Below, one piece after another: positions 63,118 through 64,000 of a stretch of DNA of 64,000 nt; position 1 is the stretch's first letter, and the number at the start of each line of letters is the position of its first letter. The stretch is from Nymphaea colorata. Its lineage: Eukaryota. The position numbers were made by a program, and so were the translations under genes. The DNA lies in NCBI RefSeq assembly GCF_008831285.2, contig NC_045138.2, positions 11,966,001 through 12,030,000 on the forward strand, in the 5' to 3' direction. The notes under the pieces were generated by a model. It was not told where the DNA came from. It saw only the letters and a program-made list of their open reading frames with translations, and searched no databases.

Positions 63118-64000
63118 CTGATATAAAGTGAGCGAGCACGGAGAAAGAAAAGGAATCAGTGACGGTCCACTCGACTCGCGCGACAAATCATGACGCAACG
63201 TCTCGGCCCATCACAACTCGGCTACACAGGTCGAGTCTGTCTCAACCAAAAGCGGATACAAATCTCAGAATAGCCCCACCAGTTCACAGTAGAAGGAGAG
63301 GGCTCGCTTGAACGAAGCCCCGAGCCAGCAAGGAAAAAGAAAAAAAAATCGTGATGCCCTGCTTGGCGTACACGCGTTCATAAGGACGCGTGTCGAAGGG
63401 CATCACATGCCCTTTGCGAAATGGTGATCGCACCTGACCTGACCCGAAACAGAAGAGCCGTCGCATGCTCGCAAATCAGAAAAGGGTAGTAGGACTCAGC
63501 GAAGCGGCCACGATGAAAAAGGAGTGTCCAACCGGATGGAACAACGTTCAACTGCCCACTTTAGCAGATGACCCGTTCCCGGTACAAGGAGAAAGGCTTT
63601 TCGTACTCTGTTCAGAACAGGTGAACAGAACTCACTTTTGTGTTTGGATAATTAAAATCAATGTGTCAAGACCGAACAAGAGAACGGGTGACTTCAGAAG
63701 CAGAAGCGCGGATTTGTAAACACATAAATGACAAAAGCAAGGGTCTCAAAAGTCCATATCTATGCTTCGGTTTTCTTAGAAATAAAAAATTTTGAAGGAC
63801 TTCAAAAGAAAAGAGGGAAATAAAGAGAGGCCAAGATGACTGGACAAATAGGACACCTCTCGGGCCAGACACTTGGCGATTAGATCACGAAAAGGACGCG
63901 AGCTGACGGAGACCCAAACCCAGGCTACAGATCAGGAACGAAAGGCCTGACCCGAATCGCCGGATTCAGATCCAATCTGCCGCTGGACGGTCGAGTCATC

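Noticed and set aside
62030..63126. Plus-strand ORFs overlapping the bromodomain exon
   Set aside because: Antisense shadows of a GC-rich exon with no motifs.
63118..63198. N-terminus of the 380-aa ORF (MRHDLSRE...)
   Set aside because: It lies upstream of a clear acceptor and polypyrimidine tract, so it is intron read-through.

Overview
Angiosperm nuclear DNA with three spliced host genes in a matrix of decayed mobile DNA. The species is not determinable here; the repeat-rich mitochondrial-like insert would fit Nymphaea, but this is unverified. Host genes: (i) the 5' part of an NRT1/PTR family 7 (NPF7.3/NRT1.5-like) transporter on the minus strand, exons 2442-2419, 2231-2054, 1854-1637 and 529-<1; (ii) a complete CCCH-zinc-finger/KH-domain RNA-binding protein, join(34801..34897,35826..35886,42263..42989), 294 aa; (iii) the last exon of a bromodomain/AT-hook protein (63117-62056, minus). 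Between the first two genes lie two composite blocks. The first is a degenerate L1-type LINE (~6.1-12.3 kb) carrying a solo LTR and three hAT-type non-autonomous elements, one nested in another, all with readable target-site duplications. The second is an ~18 kb chimera in which an Ogre/Tat-like LTR plus gag breaks into a mitochondrial rps3 insertion and repeat-rich mitochondrial-like DNA, which then breaks into an ~7 kb endogenous caulimovirid. The virus has badna/tungro-type RNase H and movement protein, but an unusual apparent gene order (MP, unknown ORF, ORF1-like, ORF2-like, CP, RT-RNase H, extra ORF); it is the most interesting object in the window. Downstream of the KH gene are hAT transposase relics, a decayed Ty1/copia pol, and a MITE containing a copy of DNA from 7.5 kb upstream. 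All protein assignments come from manual translation and recalled motifs; no database search was run.
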